Positions 9,757-19,487 of a DNA stretch of 64,000 nt are shown one piece after another. This DNA is from an uncultured Thermoplasmatales archaeon (lineage in GTDB: Archaea; Thermoplasmatota; Penumbrarchaeia; Penumbrarchaeales; Penumbrarchaeaceae): contig CAZLVP010000002.1 in assembly GCA_964563055.1 (NCBI GenBank), positions 101,552 through 165,551 of the forward strand. The letters run 5' to 3'. Position 1 is the first letter of the stretch; each line of letters begins with the position of its first letter. Under the pieces are notes generated by a model, which ran no database searches, had not been told where the DNA came from, and saw only the letters and a list, made by a program, of their open reading frames with translations. The position numbers and the translations under genes are program-made.

Positions 9757-10626
9757 TCATTTTAAATCTCTTCTCTTGCGTGCCCTCGTGGTCCCCCAAT
9801 CCTCTTCATCGTCATCATCCAGCCATTCGACCGAGGTCTTTCTTCCCTTATCACTTACGTGCTTATTGTCCGAGGATGGTCCCTCGTCCAGTTCTATCTC
9901 GAAGTCATCATCGCCCTCTTCCTCCTCCCCCCAATCCTCCTCTTCAACGTCCTCGTCATCGTCCTCATCCCAGTTCACACCGGAGGACCGGACCGTTCTC
10001 CTTATGGGCTCAGTCTGGGCCCCTCTGGTCATGGACTTGGACGTTGCTGGCGCTCTACCCTGGATGGTCCGAGGGTCTTTGCCAACGGCCCCCACCCGTT
10101 TGAACAGGGAGGCCCCTTCAGCTTTGGAGATGGTCTCGAAAGGTCGGCCTTTGGTGAAATAGTCGCGGTCCTCAGCAGAGGCCCTGAAATCCGTGATGGG
10201 GGCGCCGTTCTCGTCCCGAGGCAGATCGCTCTGGGGTGTGTCATGGTCAGGGAAATAGCCCTCTCTCTGGCCGGAAAGGTCCATCTGCTCGAAGTTTTTA
10301 ATCTGCTCTTCCAAGAATCTCTTTAGGTCCAGGGCCCTTTCGACCTCTTCGCTACCACCAAGGTCCCTTAGGCCCTTTCTCAATTTTTCCTCTGATATCC
10401 TCCCCTCTCTGAAAGCTGTCAGGAGGGTCCGTTTCTTCTTCATGACCTTGAGGGTGGCAGGGTCGATCCTCTTCTTCTTAGCAGGTCCGCTTGTGGGGTC
10501 AGCGCCCACCGGAGCCACCCTCTTCGCTTGGAATCGTAATCCGCAGACCGTACAATAATCAAGATTGAAGTTGTTCTTTTCAGAACAGTTGGGGCATATG
10601 TCCGGATTAGCTCCCATCCTGTTCAT
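9757..10626 (-). CDS. Zinc-ribbon protein with a long charged or disordered region and acidic D/E-rich tracts
   Basis: N-terminal CPNCSEKNNF..CTVCG zinc ribbon. KKKR patches. A DDDDEEDW acidic tail. The plus-strand ORFs 9623-10326 are antisense shadows of this gene. Confidence 0.5.
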   Translation of the reverse strand: MNRMGANPDICPNCSEKNNFNLDYCTVCGLRFQAKRVAPVGADPTSGPAKKKRIDPATLKVMKKKRTLLTAFREGRISEEKLRKGLRDLGGSEEVERALDLKRFLEEQIKNFEQMDLSGQREGYFPDHDTPQSDLPRDENGAPITDFRASAEDRDYFTKGRPFETISKAEGASLFKRVGAVGKDPRTIQGRAPATSKSMTRGAQTEPIRRTVRSSGVNWDEDDDEDVEEEDWGEEEEGDDDFEIELDEGPSSDNKHVSDKGRKTSVEWLDDDDEEDWGTTRARKRRDLK

Positions 10627-10696
10627 ATTGATGGGTATCTATATATATATTTTAAGTGAAAAATCATTGAACAGGGAACGAACCGCTGGAAGGCAC

Positions 10697-11659
10697 CTAT
10701 TGCTTTGGCGTGGCCCTGTCCTGCTGGAACCACCGGAAAGTGGACCTGACCCCTTCCTTGAGATCGATTACAGGTTCCCATGAGAGCCTCTCTGCCGCAA
10801 GTCCAATGGCCGCACAGGACCGTAGTATCTCCCCTTTCCTTGCTGGCATGTTGATGGTCTTTGGATGGATGCCCGCTGCCGATGCCACTTCCCTGGCCAG
10901 GTCCAAAATGGACGTTTCCTTGCCCGTACCGATGTTATAGGTCCCAGACATAGGGCTGGACGCAGCACTATAAAGTGCCTCCACAACATCATGTACATGT
11001 ACGAAGTCCCTGGTCTGGCTCCCATCCCCATAGATGAGAAAAGGTTCCGAAGAGAGGGCCCAGGACATGAACTTGCTTATCACTCCTGAATAGGGATTTG
11101 ATGGGTTCTGCCTAGGTCCGTATACGTTGAAGAAACGGAGGGACTTACAGGAGAGCCCATATTGGGCGGTATATATCCTCATCAGCTGCTCCGAGGATAG
11201 CTTGTTTAGACCATAGGGCGAGAGCGGGGCTGTGACCTCATCCTCGCTGACCGGCACACTTGAGGTGTCACCGAATACCGCGGCCGACGATGAGAACACT
11301 ATGTTCTTGATCCCTGCCCTTAGCGCGTACTCGAGGACGTTCAAGGTGCCGACATAGTTGACCTCAAGGTCCTCCAGGACCTTCTCGAAAGAGGTTGTGA
11401 CATCGACCCTGGCGGCCAGATGGAAAATGGCCCCTATTGGCGGCCCCTCTCCTTTGGCCTGTGGGGTAAGGGCAAGCTCCAATGGTCTTCTGATATCTCC
11501 CTTGATGAACTTGAAAGAGGGGTCGTCCATCCATCTTTCCAGGTTCTTTATCGAGCCTGAGGAAAGGTTGTCAAGGACCATGACGGGATGTCCGTTCTCC
11601 CTGAGGAGGTCCACCAGGTTGGAGCCTATGAACCCAGCCCCGCCCGTGACGAGCACCAT
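10697..11659 (-). CDS. NAD-dependent epimerase/dehydratase (UDP-sugar 4-epimerase family, SDR)
   Basis: N-terminal Rossmann motif VLVTGGAGFIGSNLV. A YxxxK catalytic motif region. Length 320 aa. Confidence 0.8.
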   Translation of the reverse strand: MVLVTGGAGFIGSNLVDLLRENGHPVMVLDNLSSGSIKNLERWMDDPSFKFIKGDIRRPLELALTPQAKGEGPPIGAIFHLAARVDVTTSFEKVLEDLEVNYVGTLNVLEYALRAGIKNIVFSSSAAVFGDTSSVPVSEDEVTAPLSPYGLNKLSSEQLMRIYTAQYGLSCKSLRFFNVYGPRQNPSNPYSGVISKFMSWALSSEPFLIYGDGSQTRDFVHVHDVVEALYSAASSPMSGTYNIGTGKETSILDLAREVASAAGIHPKTINMPARKGEILRSCAAIGLAAERLSWEPVIDLKEGVRSTFRWFQQDRATPKQ

Positions 11660-11809
11660 CTCATTGCTTAGTTCCAGGGTATGACCTCCTGTTCCCGATC
11701 ATGGGAATAGTGGACCCACCATATAAAGAACATACGACTTGGGGGGACGATAACGGCCCGCAGAGGGGATCTGGGCCCGTATCCTTTCGCTAGAATGTTG
11801 TGGACCCAT

Positions 11810-12643
11810 TCACGTGGCCTGACCGTGTTTCTCATCGTAAAGCAAAGAGAGGCACGTGAAAAGAAAAGCGGGTGCAAGAAGCGCAAGTAACATTCCCAGC
11901 CCTGGGACCATCATCAGGACCATGGCGGCCACCTGGTAGAGAAAACCGAGACCTAACGCCTCCCTCCAATGTTCGGACATGAACTTGATGCTGGCTGATA
12001 GGGTATCCCAACCGCGCCCCCCCTCCTTCCAGTAGTATATATACGGAAGGTAGTGGAAAGGTATAATGACCATACCCAAGGCAATGGACATCATCCAGAT
12101 CAGGATGTAATAGAAGAAGAAACCAATGAACGGAACGATAAGGATGGGGATAGCAATGATAGATACGGCCACAATTGGGACGATGCTGACAACCAATATT
12201 ATGACCATCTTGAGGAGCTCTACCTTCATGAAGGACCATCGGTCCTTCCACCCCGTCTTGATCACGTCCCCGAACTTTGTATCTCTCCCTGTCATGATGT
12301 TGAGGACCGCCCTTGACAGCCCACCGTTCAGAATACCGTTGACAAACGACATGACCACGATGAGGAACGGATACAGGACTATGAACACCAGAAGGAGCAG
12401 GAACGGAAAAAGGATGATCGATAGAAAGCCGAACCCGAAAGGGCCACCAGATAGGAGGAAGCCCCCTAGAAGACCCACGATGGAGAGTATTATCAAAACG
12501 CTCATGATGCCCAATAAGCCGAAAACAAGGAGAAAGCTCACGACCATGGCTGCAAGATAATATTCTGCGGAAGGCAGGATGTACTTCCCTATGTCCTTCT
12601 TCCACAGACCGAACGCTTCTTGGGCTATTTTGTAAGCCCTCAT
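11810..12643 (-). CDS. Polytopic membrane protein, paralog B of a tandem pair. Function unknown
   Basis: Starts MRAYKIAQEAFGLWKK and ends CLSLLYDEKHG, parallel to the upstream paralog. The start ATG overlaps the stop of the upstream gene (ATGA). Confidence 0.55.
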   Translation of the reverse strand: MRAYKIAQEAFGLWKKDIGKYILPSAEYYLAAMVVSFLLVFGLLGIMSVLIILSIVGLLGGFLLSGGPFGFGFLSIILFPFLLLLVFIVLYPFLIVVMSFVNGILNGGLSRAVLNIMTGRDTKFGDVIKTGWKDRWSFMKVELLKMVIILVVSIVPIVAVSIIAIPILIVPFIGFFFYYILIWMMSIALGMVIIPFHYLPYIYYWKEGGRGWDTLSASIKFMSEHWREALGLGFLYQVAAMVLMMVPGLGMLLALLAPAFLFTCLSLLYDEKHGQAT

Positions 12644-13470
12644 CTGTTCATTGCCCCCTTCTTCTCATCGTAGAGGAGCTGAAGGCAGGTCATAAGGTAC
12701 GGGGGGCCAAGGATGCCTATTATGAGGCCCACACCGGGTATGAACCTGGCAAAGAAGAGGGTAATGACATACAGGAACCCGAGCCCGAACACCTCGCCCG
12801 GGTGCCTGAAAGCGAACGATAACCCACCCTTGACCGCCTGCCAACCCTCCTTTCCCTCGTTCCAGTGGATGATGTGGGGAAGCTGGTTCAAAGGCACAAT
12901 GAAGATCTGCAGTAGAAGGACGATTATGAACAGGAAGATGTAAAAGAAGAAGAACAGGAATGAGAACAGGGGATTAATGACCATAAGTAGGACGAACGGT
13001 AGGGCAAATATCACGATCGGAATTAGGACCATAGGTATCAGGACGAGGGCCGTAATCAGGGATATCTTGAAAAGCCGCCATTTGGACCCCCAGCCTGTCC
13101 TGAACACATCTCCGAAGTCATAGCGTCCGCCATGTACGACCCCCTTAAGGACACCGGCCAAACCACCGATGGTAAGTCCATGAATGAACGCTGAGGTCCC
13201 TATTATGGTCCCAAAGAACGCCACGGTCAGGACCGTCGTTATCAGGACAAGAAGGCCGATCATTATAGGGTTCGCATCCGAAATGAAGACAAATAGGACC
13301 CCGAAGATGAAACCGAACATGATGGTAAAAAGAAGCATTATGATGACCAGTTGGATAGCGAAGCCGGCCACGAACCTTATCAGGTAGGATTCAACACCGG
13401 GAAGGGCATGTTCCATGGTCCTCTGCTTCCAGCGGTCGAAAGATAGCTTGGCTATGTCGAAGGCCCTCAT
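12640..13470 (-). CDS. Polytopic membrane protein, paralog A of a tandem pair. Function unknown
   Basis: Starts MRAFDIAKLSFDRWKQ and ends CLQLLYDEKKG. Start chosen at the internal ATG 13470, which aligns with the paralog N-terminus. The track start at 13578 adds a non-homologous extension. Confidence 0.55.
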   Translation of the reverse strand: MRAFDIAKLSFDRWKQRTMEHALPGVESYLIRFVAGFAIQLVIIMLLFTIMFGFIFGVLFVFISDANPIMIGLLVLITTVLTVAFFGTIIGTSAFIHGLTIGGLAGVLKGVVHGGRYDFGDVFRTGWGSKWRLFKISLITALVLIPMVLIPIVIFALPFVLLMVINPLFSFLFFFFYIFLFIIVLLLQIFIVPLNQLPHIIHWNEGKEGWQAVKGGLSFAFRHPGEVFGLGFLYVITLFFARFIPGVGLIIGILGPPYLMTCLQLLYDEKKGAMNR

Positions 13471-13681
13471 CCATCCACCTCGTGCCCATTCCAGGGAACG
13501 GTTTATGAACGCATAATGTATAAATAATCCCTTCCATGGCCAGGGACAGCTCAGAAAAGGCCATCCTGACATGTCCATACTAGTCCATCCATGGCACCTT
13601 CTTTGAACAATACCTATATATATGGACCAAGTTCAATGACATTATTCCAATGGGTTCCCACTTACCCCGAAGGTTAGCGCT

Positions 13682-14293
13682 ATGAAGTATGACTATGACT
13701 GGCTAAGAACCGGTTCAGAGGACCTCCTTGCACTGGTCAGGGAGAAGGGGGAGGGAGACCTCCACGACCCCCAGACCGGTGCCAAATATCCCAGGAAGTA
13801 CCTGATGGATATCTACGGTTACTTGGTCAGGAAATGCGTGGAGGAACCATGGGACGAGAACCTCTACGGCATACTCAAGATGGTGGCAGGGATCCTTGAC
13901 ATACCTGAGGATGCTCAGAGAAAGCTCCACACTGAGGCCATGTTGAACCCCTTCATGATAGCCAGGGACTCCATAGACACTGCAATGGTCAGGGAGCTCG
14001 AGAGGGTCTTCCGTGAAAAGGTCCGACCCAGGTCACCCAGCACCTTCGATGGGCCTGGTTACGGCCTAAACCTCTCCTCTGAGACCGCGTCCCTCGTTAG
14101 CCTCCAGACCTCCGATGCGGTCGTTCTCGAGATGGATAGGGATTCCCTGATAACTGACATGCTCACCGATGACCTTGGGCCATCCTCTTCCGAAAGCGCA
14201 CTAAGTTTGGATACACAGGACCGTAAGAGGCCTGACGTAATGCCCAAACCCCCCTCAACAAAGCCCCCGGTCAACCCCGGACAAGACCTCTAA
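13682..14293 (+). CDS. Hypothetical protein (structured N-terminal domain, S/T/P-rich C-terminus)
   Basis: ORF of 203 aa with a TATA-like element at 13612-13624 upstream. Confidence 0.4.
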   Translation: MKYDYDWLRTGSEDLLALVREKGEGDLHDPQTGAKYPRKYLMDIYGYLVRKCVEEPWDENLYGILKMVAGILDIPEDAQRKLHTEAMLNPFMIARDSIDTAMVRELERVFREKVRPRSPSTFDGPGYGLNLSSETASLVSLQTSDAVVLEMDRDSLITDMLTDDLGPSSSESALSLDTQDRKRPDVMPKPPSTKPPVNPGQDL

Positions 14294-15158
14294 GGGTCCT
14301 GAGGTCCTTTCTGTACCCTTCGTCCCCGCCAGGTGTTTCCAGGACCAATGGGATGTTGTCGAACCTTCTATCATTTACCATGATCTCGAAAGGTCTCAGG
14401 CCGAGAGCTCCTTCCCCTATGTTCGTATGACGGTCCACCCTTGAGCCCGGCCCTTTGATCGAATCGTTAAGATGGACAACCCTTACCGACCCCAAACCTA
14501 TGACCGATGAGAGCGAATCCATCATTATCTGGTATCCTTCCTCGTTCGATATATCATATCCCGATGCATGTATATGGCACGTATCAAGACAGATCCCGAT
14601 ATGTTCTCCAGCACCCGATCGTTCCATCAGTTCAGCGAGCTGTTCGAACGTATGGCCGACCCCAGTTCCCTGACCGGCCGTCGTCTCCAATAGCAAGGTC
14701 GGCCTGGTAGGGTTCCGGCCGCCGACCGGATGCTCCAGATAGCGGTCGAGCGACCTCTTGATACCCTCAGCCCCCCTATCCAATCCAGCCTCTAGACCCG
14801 CTCCCATATGGGCCCCGGGATGTATCACGACCCCCAAGGCACCAAGCAGGTCAGCCCTGAGAAGTTCGTCAGAGAGCAGTGAAACGGACCGGTCGAAAAT
14901 TGAAGCTTCGGGTGAACAGATATTGAGCAGATATGATGCATGGACGATAGGGGGGGCGAGCCCAGAACCCTCCATCTCCTTCCTGAATAGAGCGACCTCC
15001 TCGCTGCTGAGGGGGGCGACGTTCCACTGCCTCTGGTTCCTAGAGAATATCTGGAAGCACTCAAGGTCCAGGTCCCTGGCCCTACCAACGCTCAGATGGA
15101 GCCCACCGGATATCCCGACGTGGGCCCCTAGAAGACCCATAGGACCCTTGACCTCCAT
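14271..15158 (-). CDS. nfo: Endonuclease IV (AP endonuclease family 2)
   Basis: GAHVGISGG N-terminal motif and the TIM-barrel Nfo pattern with His/Glu/Asp metal ligands. Start taken at the internal Met 15158 or 15140. The track start at 15245 would overlap the rubredoxin gene. Confidence 0.8.
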   Translation of the reverse strand: MEVKGPMGLLGAHVGISGGLHLSVGRARDLDLECFQIFSRNQRQWNVAPLSSEEVALFRKEMEGSGLAPPIVHASYLLNICSPEASIFDRSVSLLSDELLRADLLGALGVVIHPGAHMGAGLEAGLDRGAEGIKRSLDRYLEHPVGGRNPTRPTLLLETTAGQGTGVGHTFEQLAELMERSGAGEHIGICLDTCHIHASGYDISNEEGYQIMMDSLSSVIGLGSVRVVHLNDSIKGPGSRVDRHTNIGEGALGLRPFEIMVNDRRFDNIPLVLETPGGDEGYRKDLRTLRGLVRG

Positions 15159-15174
15159 GCCTTTAAAGAAAGCT

Positions 15175-15333
15175 TCAGATCTTCTCGAACATGTCCTTTC
15201 CGACTCCGCATACAGGGCAGGTCCAGGAATCGGGGATCTTCTCAAAGGATGTTCCGGGCTTTATGCCGCCATCATCATCGCCCTTCGTCGGATCGTAGAT
15301 ATAACCACATGCAATGCATCTGTACTTGTCCAT
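15175..15333 (-). CDS. Rubredoxin (52 aa). Not in the ORF track because it is under 60 aa
   Basis: Minus-strand translation: [52 protein letters not shown]. This carries the two canonical CxxCG...CPxCG rubredoxin iron-binding knuckles. Confidence 0.75.
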   Translation of the reverse strand: MDKYRCIACGYIYDPTKGDDDGGIKPGTSFEKIPDSWTCPVCGVGKDMFEKI

Positions 15334-15439
15334 GTCTTTCACCTCTTGCTGTTACGTTCCTATCATCGGAAGACCTAATGCATAGATATTATTTGCCATC
15401 TTGAAAGGCTCTCTCTAACTTCAGATATGCTGATATTTC

Positions 15440-16204
15440 TCAAAGAGGTCCGTTCCTGATGATCGATAGCGATGCTTCCAGGCATTCGACGTTCGAGTAA
15501 CCGGCAAGGACCTTTTCGAGGTCCGTCCTCCCCAGGAGCCCCTTCTCGAGCCCTCTCTTGAAAGATATCACCGCATCTTTGAGCTCGGGGACCGCCCTCA
15601 CTATGTTGTTGACGATCGATATGTTCGCGACCCTGGCGGTCCTTGATAGGGGATTGAGGTCAATCGTTATTACGGTCTTTCCGAGCCTCACCAGGACCTC
15701 CGCTCTATCCCCATCCTCAAGGGGGACCAGGACTGTGTCAGCTGAGAAAATGCCATCACTGCAGCATACGGCCCTGGGATGGTCAAGGAACGGAAGCCTT
15801 TCATCGGGTGCCTCACCAAGCACCTTCCTGCAGCCGGACGACCTCAGGGCCTCACAAAGCTTGGCAACCCTCTCCTCCGTCCTGTGGAATATATTGACCT
15901 CAGCAGGACAGTCCAGTTCGTTGGCCAGCTTTGAGATGTCCTCCGGGACCAGAGCCCCGACGTTGCCATTGACCGATATGACAGGTCTCTTGGCAAGGAG
16001 CAGGGCGGCAGCGGCCGCAATCTGGCCCCTATCCGCGAACTCCGTTGTTCCCTCGCCAAGGAGATAGTCCAGGGCTTCCCCCCTGCCATGGGCGATAAGG
16101 CCTTCTGGTGCTGTCAGTCCGTTCCTGAACCCCTCTACGAGCCTGTGCCTTGTCATCAAGGATAGGTACCGGGGATGACTTGGAGGTATTTCCATCTCTG
16201 ACAC
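15440..16204 (-). CDS. Probable archaeal 4-phosphopantoate--beta-alanine ligase (phosphopantothenate synthetase, COG1701/DUF137 family)
   Basis: 254 aa with a conserved archaeal pattern (GRGEALDYLLGE...VISVNGN...VITIDLNPLSRTA). Assignment is from memory of the family and is not verified. Confidence 0.5.
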   Translation of the reverse strand: MSEMEIPPSHPRYLSLMTRHRLVEGFRNGLTAPEGLIAHGRGEALDYLLGEGTTEFADRGQIAAAAALLLAKRPVISVNGNVGALVPEDISKLANELDCPAEVNIFHRTEERVAKLCEALRSSGCRKVLGEAPDERLPFLDHPRAVCCSDGIFSADTVLVPLEDGDRAEVLVRLGKTVITIDLNPLSRTARVANISIVNNIVRAVPELKDAVISFKRGLEKGLLGRTDLEKVLAGYSNVECLEASLSIIRNGPL

Positions 16205-16230
16205 CTGATGCGGAAAGGCTTCTATCCAAT

Positions 16231-16695
16231 ATGACCTTTTACCCCTCTATGAGCTCCAAGGTAGGCCACATGACGTTCGAGGCCTTCGTCCAGGCCACAG
16301 AGGATAAGGCCAAGGTCGTAAAGGCCCTTTCCAACCTTACAGGGACCGATATCAGTGGTATAGTGAAGGCGTCCAGGACCGAAGGTTTCCACAAGAACCC
16401 CCTCATCGTCCTAAGGATGGAGCTCATAAGGGATAGGGATATCAGGGTCGCCCTCAGGGTCCTATTGAAAAATGACCATTTCAGGTCTGCACTGCTTGAA
16501 GGCGCGGAGGAGAGGCTTGACGAAGGGAACGTGTTCCATTACAGGTTCGATAAGCAATCGGCCTACCTGGGGACCCCCGAACCCCATGTCAAAGGGGAGG
16601 CAGTGAAGTTCACAATGAAGGTCCTCACCTTTCCTTTCTCTAGGGAGGCGGCCCTTGATGTCGTGAGGGGCCTGGCCGAGAACCATGGGATTTGA
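16231..16695 (+). CDS. Conserved archaeal hypothetical protein
   Basis: ORF with protein-like composition. Start moved to an internal Met to avoid overlapping the divergent upstream gene. Confidence 0.3.
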   Translation: MTFYPSMSSKVGHMTFEAFVQATEDKAKVVKALSNLTGTDISGIVKASRTEGFHKNPLIVLRMELIRDRDIRVALRVLLKNDHFRSALLEGAEERLDEGNVFHYRFDKQSAYLGTPEPHVKGEAVKFTMKVLTFPFSREAALDVVRGLAENHGI

Positions 16696-16812
16696 TACCC
16701 ATTCACTGACAATGGCCATTCCATGAGTGCAAAACGATATTATAGGCACATCCATATAAACCGTCGTTGGGAAACCGGGACCTGAGGTCGTAGACCGGGT
16801 GACGGTGCCACG

Positions 16813-18117
16813 GTGGGTATGAGCATGAGCAAAGGGGCAAAGCGCAGGGTGGACCCTCTGAAGAAGAAGCTGAGGAAGGCCGAGGTAGTGGCATTCCTGA
16901 CCTCTAACGGGGCCATCAAGGAGGGGCTTGCCAATTCCCTCTACGAGCAGGGTCTGGACAGATGGAACAAGCTCACGGAGGGGGATGAGAACTATTTCCT
17001 TTCGTTCAGGGGGGTGGGTCTGAAGACCGCCTCCGTCCTAATGGACCTTGCAGGTGAAAAGAGAAGGGACGTTGAGACGAATGAAGAACGGTCACAGAGG
17101 CTTTCGGCCGTCAAGGCGCTGCTCTATGATGTTCCCCGCTTGAGGGGCAGCGCGACCAAGGATATGATAAAGAAAGGGTTCGATTCCGTCGAGAAGATAT
17201 CCAGGGCAGCTCCGGACGAACTGGTCAATGTCAAGGGTGTTGGACCCAAGCTCGCCACTGTGATCATAGAGCACGCCAAGGCGACATTGACCGCCAAGGT
17301 TGTGGAAGAGCCGACGGTGACCGTCGAGGCCCCTCCAACACCTCCGGTCATAGAGGAGGCCACCGGCCTCTCCGCCGAGGAGGCACCCAAGGAGGAGGCA
17401 AAGGCCACGGTGCCATCCGAGCAGAAAGGGTTCTTCTCAAGGTTCATGGAGGGATTGAAGCGGTTCTTTTCCCCGGCCAAAGAGGAACCGCCCAAGGAAC
17501 AGCCTAAAGAAGACATTCCTTCAGTTGATGGGCCGTCCCCTGTTGTGGAAGAGATCAAGGAAGGGGAGCCTGATATCAAGGCCAATGGGACAGAAACCGT
17601 CGAGCCCCAGCCTGGCTCCGTGACCGTTGAGGCGGTCCCGGAGGATGCTAAGAAGGAGGATACAGCTCCACCGGTTCCAGAACCATCCCCTGAGGTTCAA
17701 CCGGTCGCTCTGAACGAAGCGCCCAAGGCGGAGACCCCGCCTGCGGAAGAAAAGGTGCAGGAGAAGGCCCCCTCGTTCTTCCAGAAGATCAAGGGAATGG
17801 TCTTTGGAGGCCCCAAGGAAGAGACCCCCGCGCCACCGAAGGCGGAGACCATACCGACCCCGAGGGACGAAAAAGCAAATGAGGGTACGACCCCGCAGCC
17901 TCCTATAGAGAAGGCGGCAGAAGAGGGAGCGGTCAAGGACCTTGAGAGGTTCGAGGACATACCCGGAGTGGACCCTTCAATGGCCCAGAAGCTGCGGGAT
18001 TCAGGTTACATGAACGTTGCAGAGCTGAGGGAAGCTATCCCCGATGACCTCATGATGATAGAAGGGATAACAAAAGAGATGGCGGAGACCATCTGCTCCG
18101 CGGTCAAACCCCAGTGA
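16813..18117 (+). CDS. Helix-hairpin-helix DNA-binding protein with three HhH motifs and a long P/E/K-rich low-complexity linker
   Basis: GVGLKTASVLMDLAG, VKGVGPKLATVIIEHA and a C-terminal IPGVDPSMAQKLRDSGY..IEGI HhH motifs. Central PEPS/EEAPK repeats. TATA-like at about 16755. Confidence 0.5.
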   Translation: MGMSMSKGAKRRVDPLKKKLRKAEVVAFLTSNGAIKEGLANSLYEQGLDRWNKLTEGDENYFLSFRGVGLKTASVLMDLAGEKRRDVETNEERSQRLSAVKALLYDVPRLRGSATKDMIKKGFDSVEKISRAAPDELVNVKGVGPKLATVIIEHAKATLTAKVVEEPTVTVEAPPTPPVIEEATGLSAEEAPKEEAKATVPSEQKGFFSRFMEGLKRFFSPAKEEPPKEQPKEDIPSVDGPSPVVEEIKEGEPDIKANGTETVEPQPGSVTVEAVPEDAKKEDTAPPVPEPSPEVQPVALNEAPKAETPPAEEKVQEKAPSFFQKIKGMVFGGPKEETPAPPKAETIPTPRDEKANEGTTPQPPIEKAAEEGAVKDLERFEDIPGVDPSMAQKLRDSGYMNVAELREAIPDDLMMIEGITKEMAETICSAVKPQ

Positions 18118-18163
18118 TGAAAGGACCCTAGGGGCTGGCCCGATCTTTGAACGGAGTGAGCAT

Positions 18164-18703
18164 ATGGAACGGATCGTAACGGTCCAGCTCATAGGATGTG
18201 AGAAACCCTTCGTCGAGGAAATGCTGGGTTCCTTATTGGGACATCTGGGGAAGGGACCTGTTCGGGTCATCATAGATAGGGACTCCGTCCACGGACCAAA
18301 CCATCTAGCATCTGCGTTCATGCATGCCGCAAGGGCCATACTTACTGGCAGGTCCAGGGCAAGGGACCCTTCCATGGAGGTCCTCCGATGGTTGTCAGGC
18401 TCTCATCAGCTGGTCGAAGGTCTGAAGAGGTCATCCCCCGGACCGGGAACGGATTTCATTCTGATATGTAAGGCCCCTGACGATTGGCCGAAGGAAGGGG
18501 ATGGGTCGGTCCTCCCGACCATAAGGGTGATTGAGGGTGGACCTGCGGGGATCAAGGGACTTGCCGTGATAACAACCGTTCCTGATGCAAATGTCTGGGG
18601 CGGTCAAAAGGCCTCAAGGCTCCTTGGTGGAGGTTTCAATGGTAGCGAGGAGCAGCTGGAAATGGCGTTGATGGAACTAGTGGCTTTCACGGACCTTGTC
18701 TGA
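18164..18703 (+). CDS. Possible KEOPS subunit Cgi121-like protein
   Basis: The A..HA.RAI.....R...SMEVL.WLSG..Q.....K.....G.D.ILICK pattern resembles the Cgi121 EIL..ASGQRQI...I core. Assignment is tentative. Confidence 0.35.
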   Translation: MERIVTVQLIGCEKPFVEEMLGSLLGHLGKGPVRVIIDRDSVHGPNHLASAFMHAARAILTGRSRARDPSMEVLRWLSGSHQLVEGLKRSSPGPGTDFILICKAPDDWPKEGDGSVLPTIRVIEGGPAGIKGLAVITTVPDANVWGGQKASRLLGGGFNGSEEQLEMALMELVAFTDLV

Positions 18704-18704
18704 G

Positions 18705-19310
18705 CTATTGCCCCTTGTACTGGAGCCTAAACAGGATGTTCTGATGCTCGGTCGTGGTTACCTTCAACACATCCCGGAGCCCATCTAGTATATGGGATTC
18801 GTCCCTGGTGATGATACTGTCGTTCAGGGCTCTCTTCATAGATTCCTCATAATCCTTCAACCGGTCGTGAGACGCGCCGTTCTGAGGGCCGGTCTGGGAT
18901 CGGGGTGGGGAGGCTGGTATGGTCATCTGGTTCTTACATATCGGGCATGATATGACGTAGGTGCGGTCTATTGGTATGACCGTGATCCTTCTCCGGCAAT
19001 GGGGGCACATGAAAGCATTGGGCTGGTTTCCGTTCCCGTTCCCAGGCGTGGGCGTCCCCTTCTGAGATGGGACCGTGGAGGCGGATAGGTTCATATCGTG
19101 CTCCTGCCTCTTCGTGGGGTCAAGGAGGGTCTCCTTGGCCCTGTTGATCCTCTTCATCTCCTCATCGGCGGCCTCACGGAGCTTAGGAGGCAGACCTCCC
19201 ACCATGTCCGGATGGTATTGGACTGCGAGCTTCTTGTATGCCTTTTTGATCTCGATCTCAGATGCGGTCCTCTCTACACCGAGCATTTTGTAACAGTCCA
19301 ATTCGGTCAT
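18705..19310 (-). CDS. J-domain protein with an internal C4 zinc ribbon
   Basis: N-terminal DCYKMLGV...AYKKLAVQYHPD (J domain, HPD motif). CPHCRRR...CPICKN zinc ribbon. Confidence 0.65.
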   Translation of the reverse strand: MTELDCYKMLGVERTASEIEIKKAYKKLAVQYHPDMVGGLPPKLREAADEEMKRINRAKETLLDPTKRQEHDMNLSASTVPSQKGTPTPGNGNGNQPNAFMCPHCRRRITVIPIDRTYVISCPICKNQMTIPASPPRSQTGPQNGASHDRLKDYEESMKRALNDSIITRDESHILDGLRDVLKVTTTEHQNILFRLQYKGQ

Positions 19311-19487
19311 CTTCCCACACTCTATGATCTAAATAGGACAAGGTCCCAGGAAACCGCCTGTGAAAAAATAGAGGATTTCCCTCTTTATTTGCTTGGATGT
19401 TGTTATCATTCGAAATGAAATAGGTCCTTCATGATCTCAGATCACCGGAAAGGATTAACATACCCTTCCTCCAATCCCGCCCGGTCT

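Noticed and set aside
9623-10326. Several overlapping plus-strand ORFs of 149-179 aa
   Set aside because: They are antisense shadows of the 9757-10626 zinc-ribbon/acidic protein gene. Their S/P-rich composition comes from the acidic codons on the opposite strand.
11832-12605. 257-aa minus-strand ORF
   Set aside because: It is an out-of-frame overlap of membrane paralog B. Its product is Arg/His/Gly-rich and non-hydrophobic, so it is a shadow frame.
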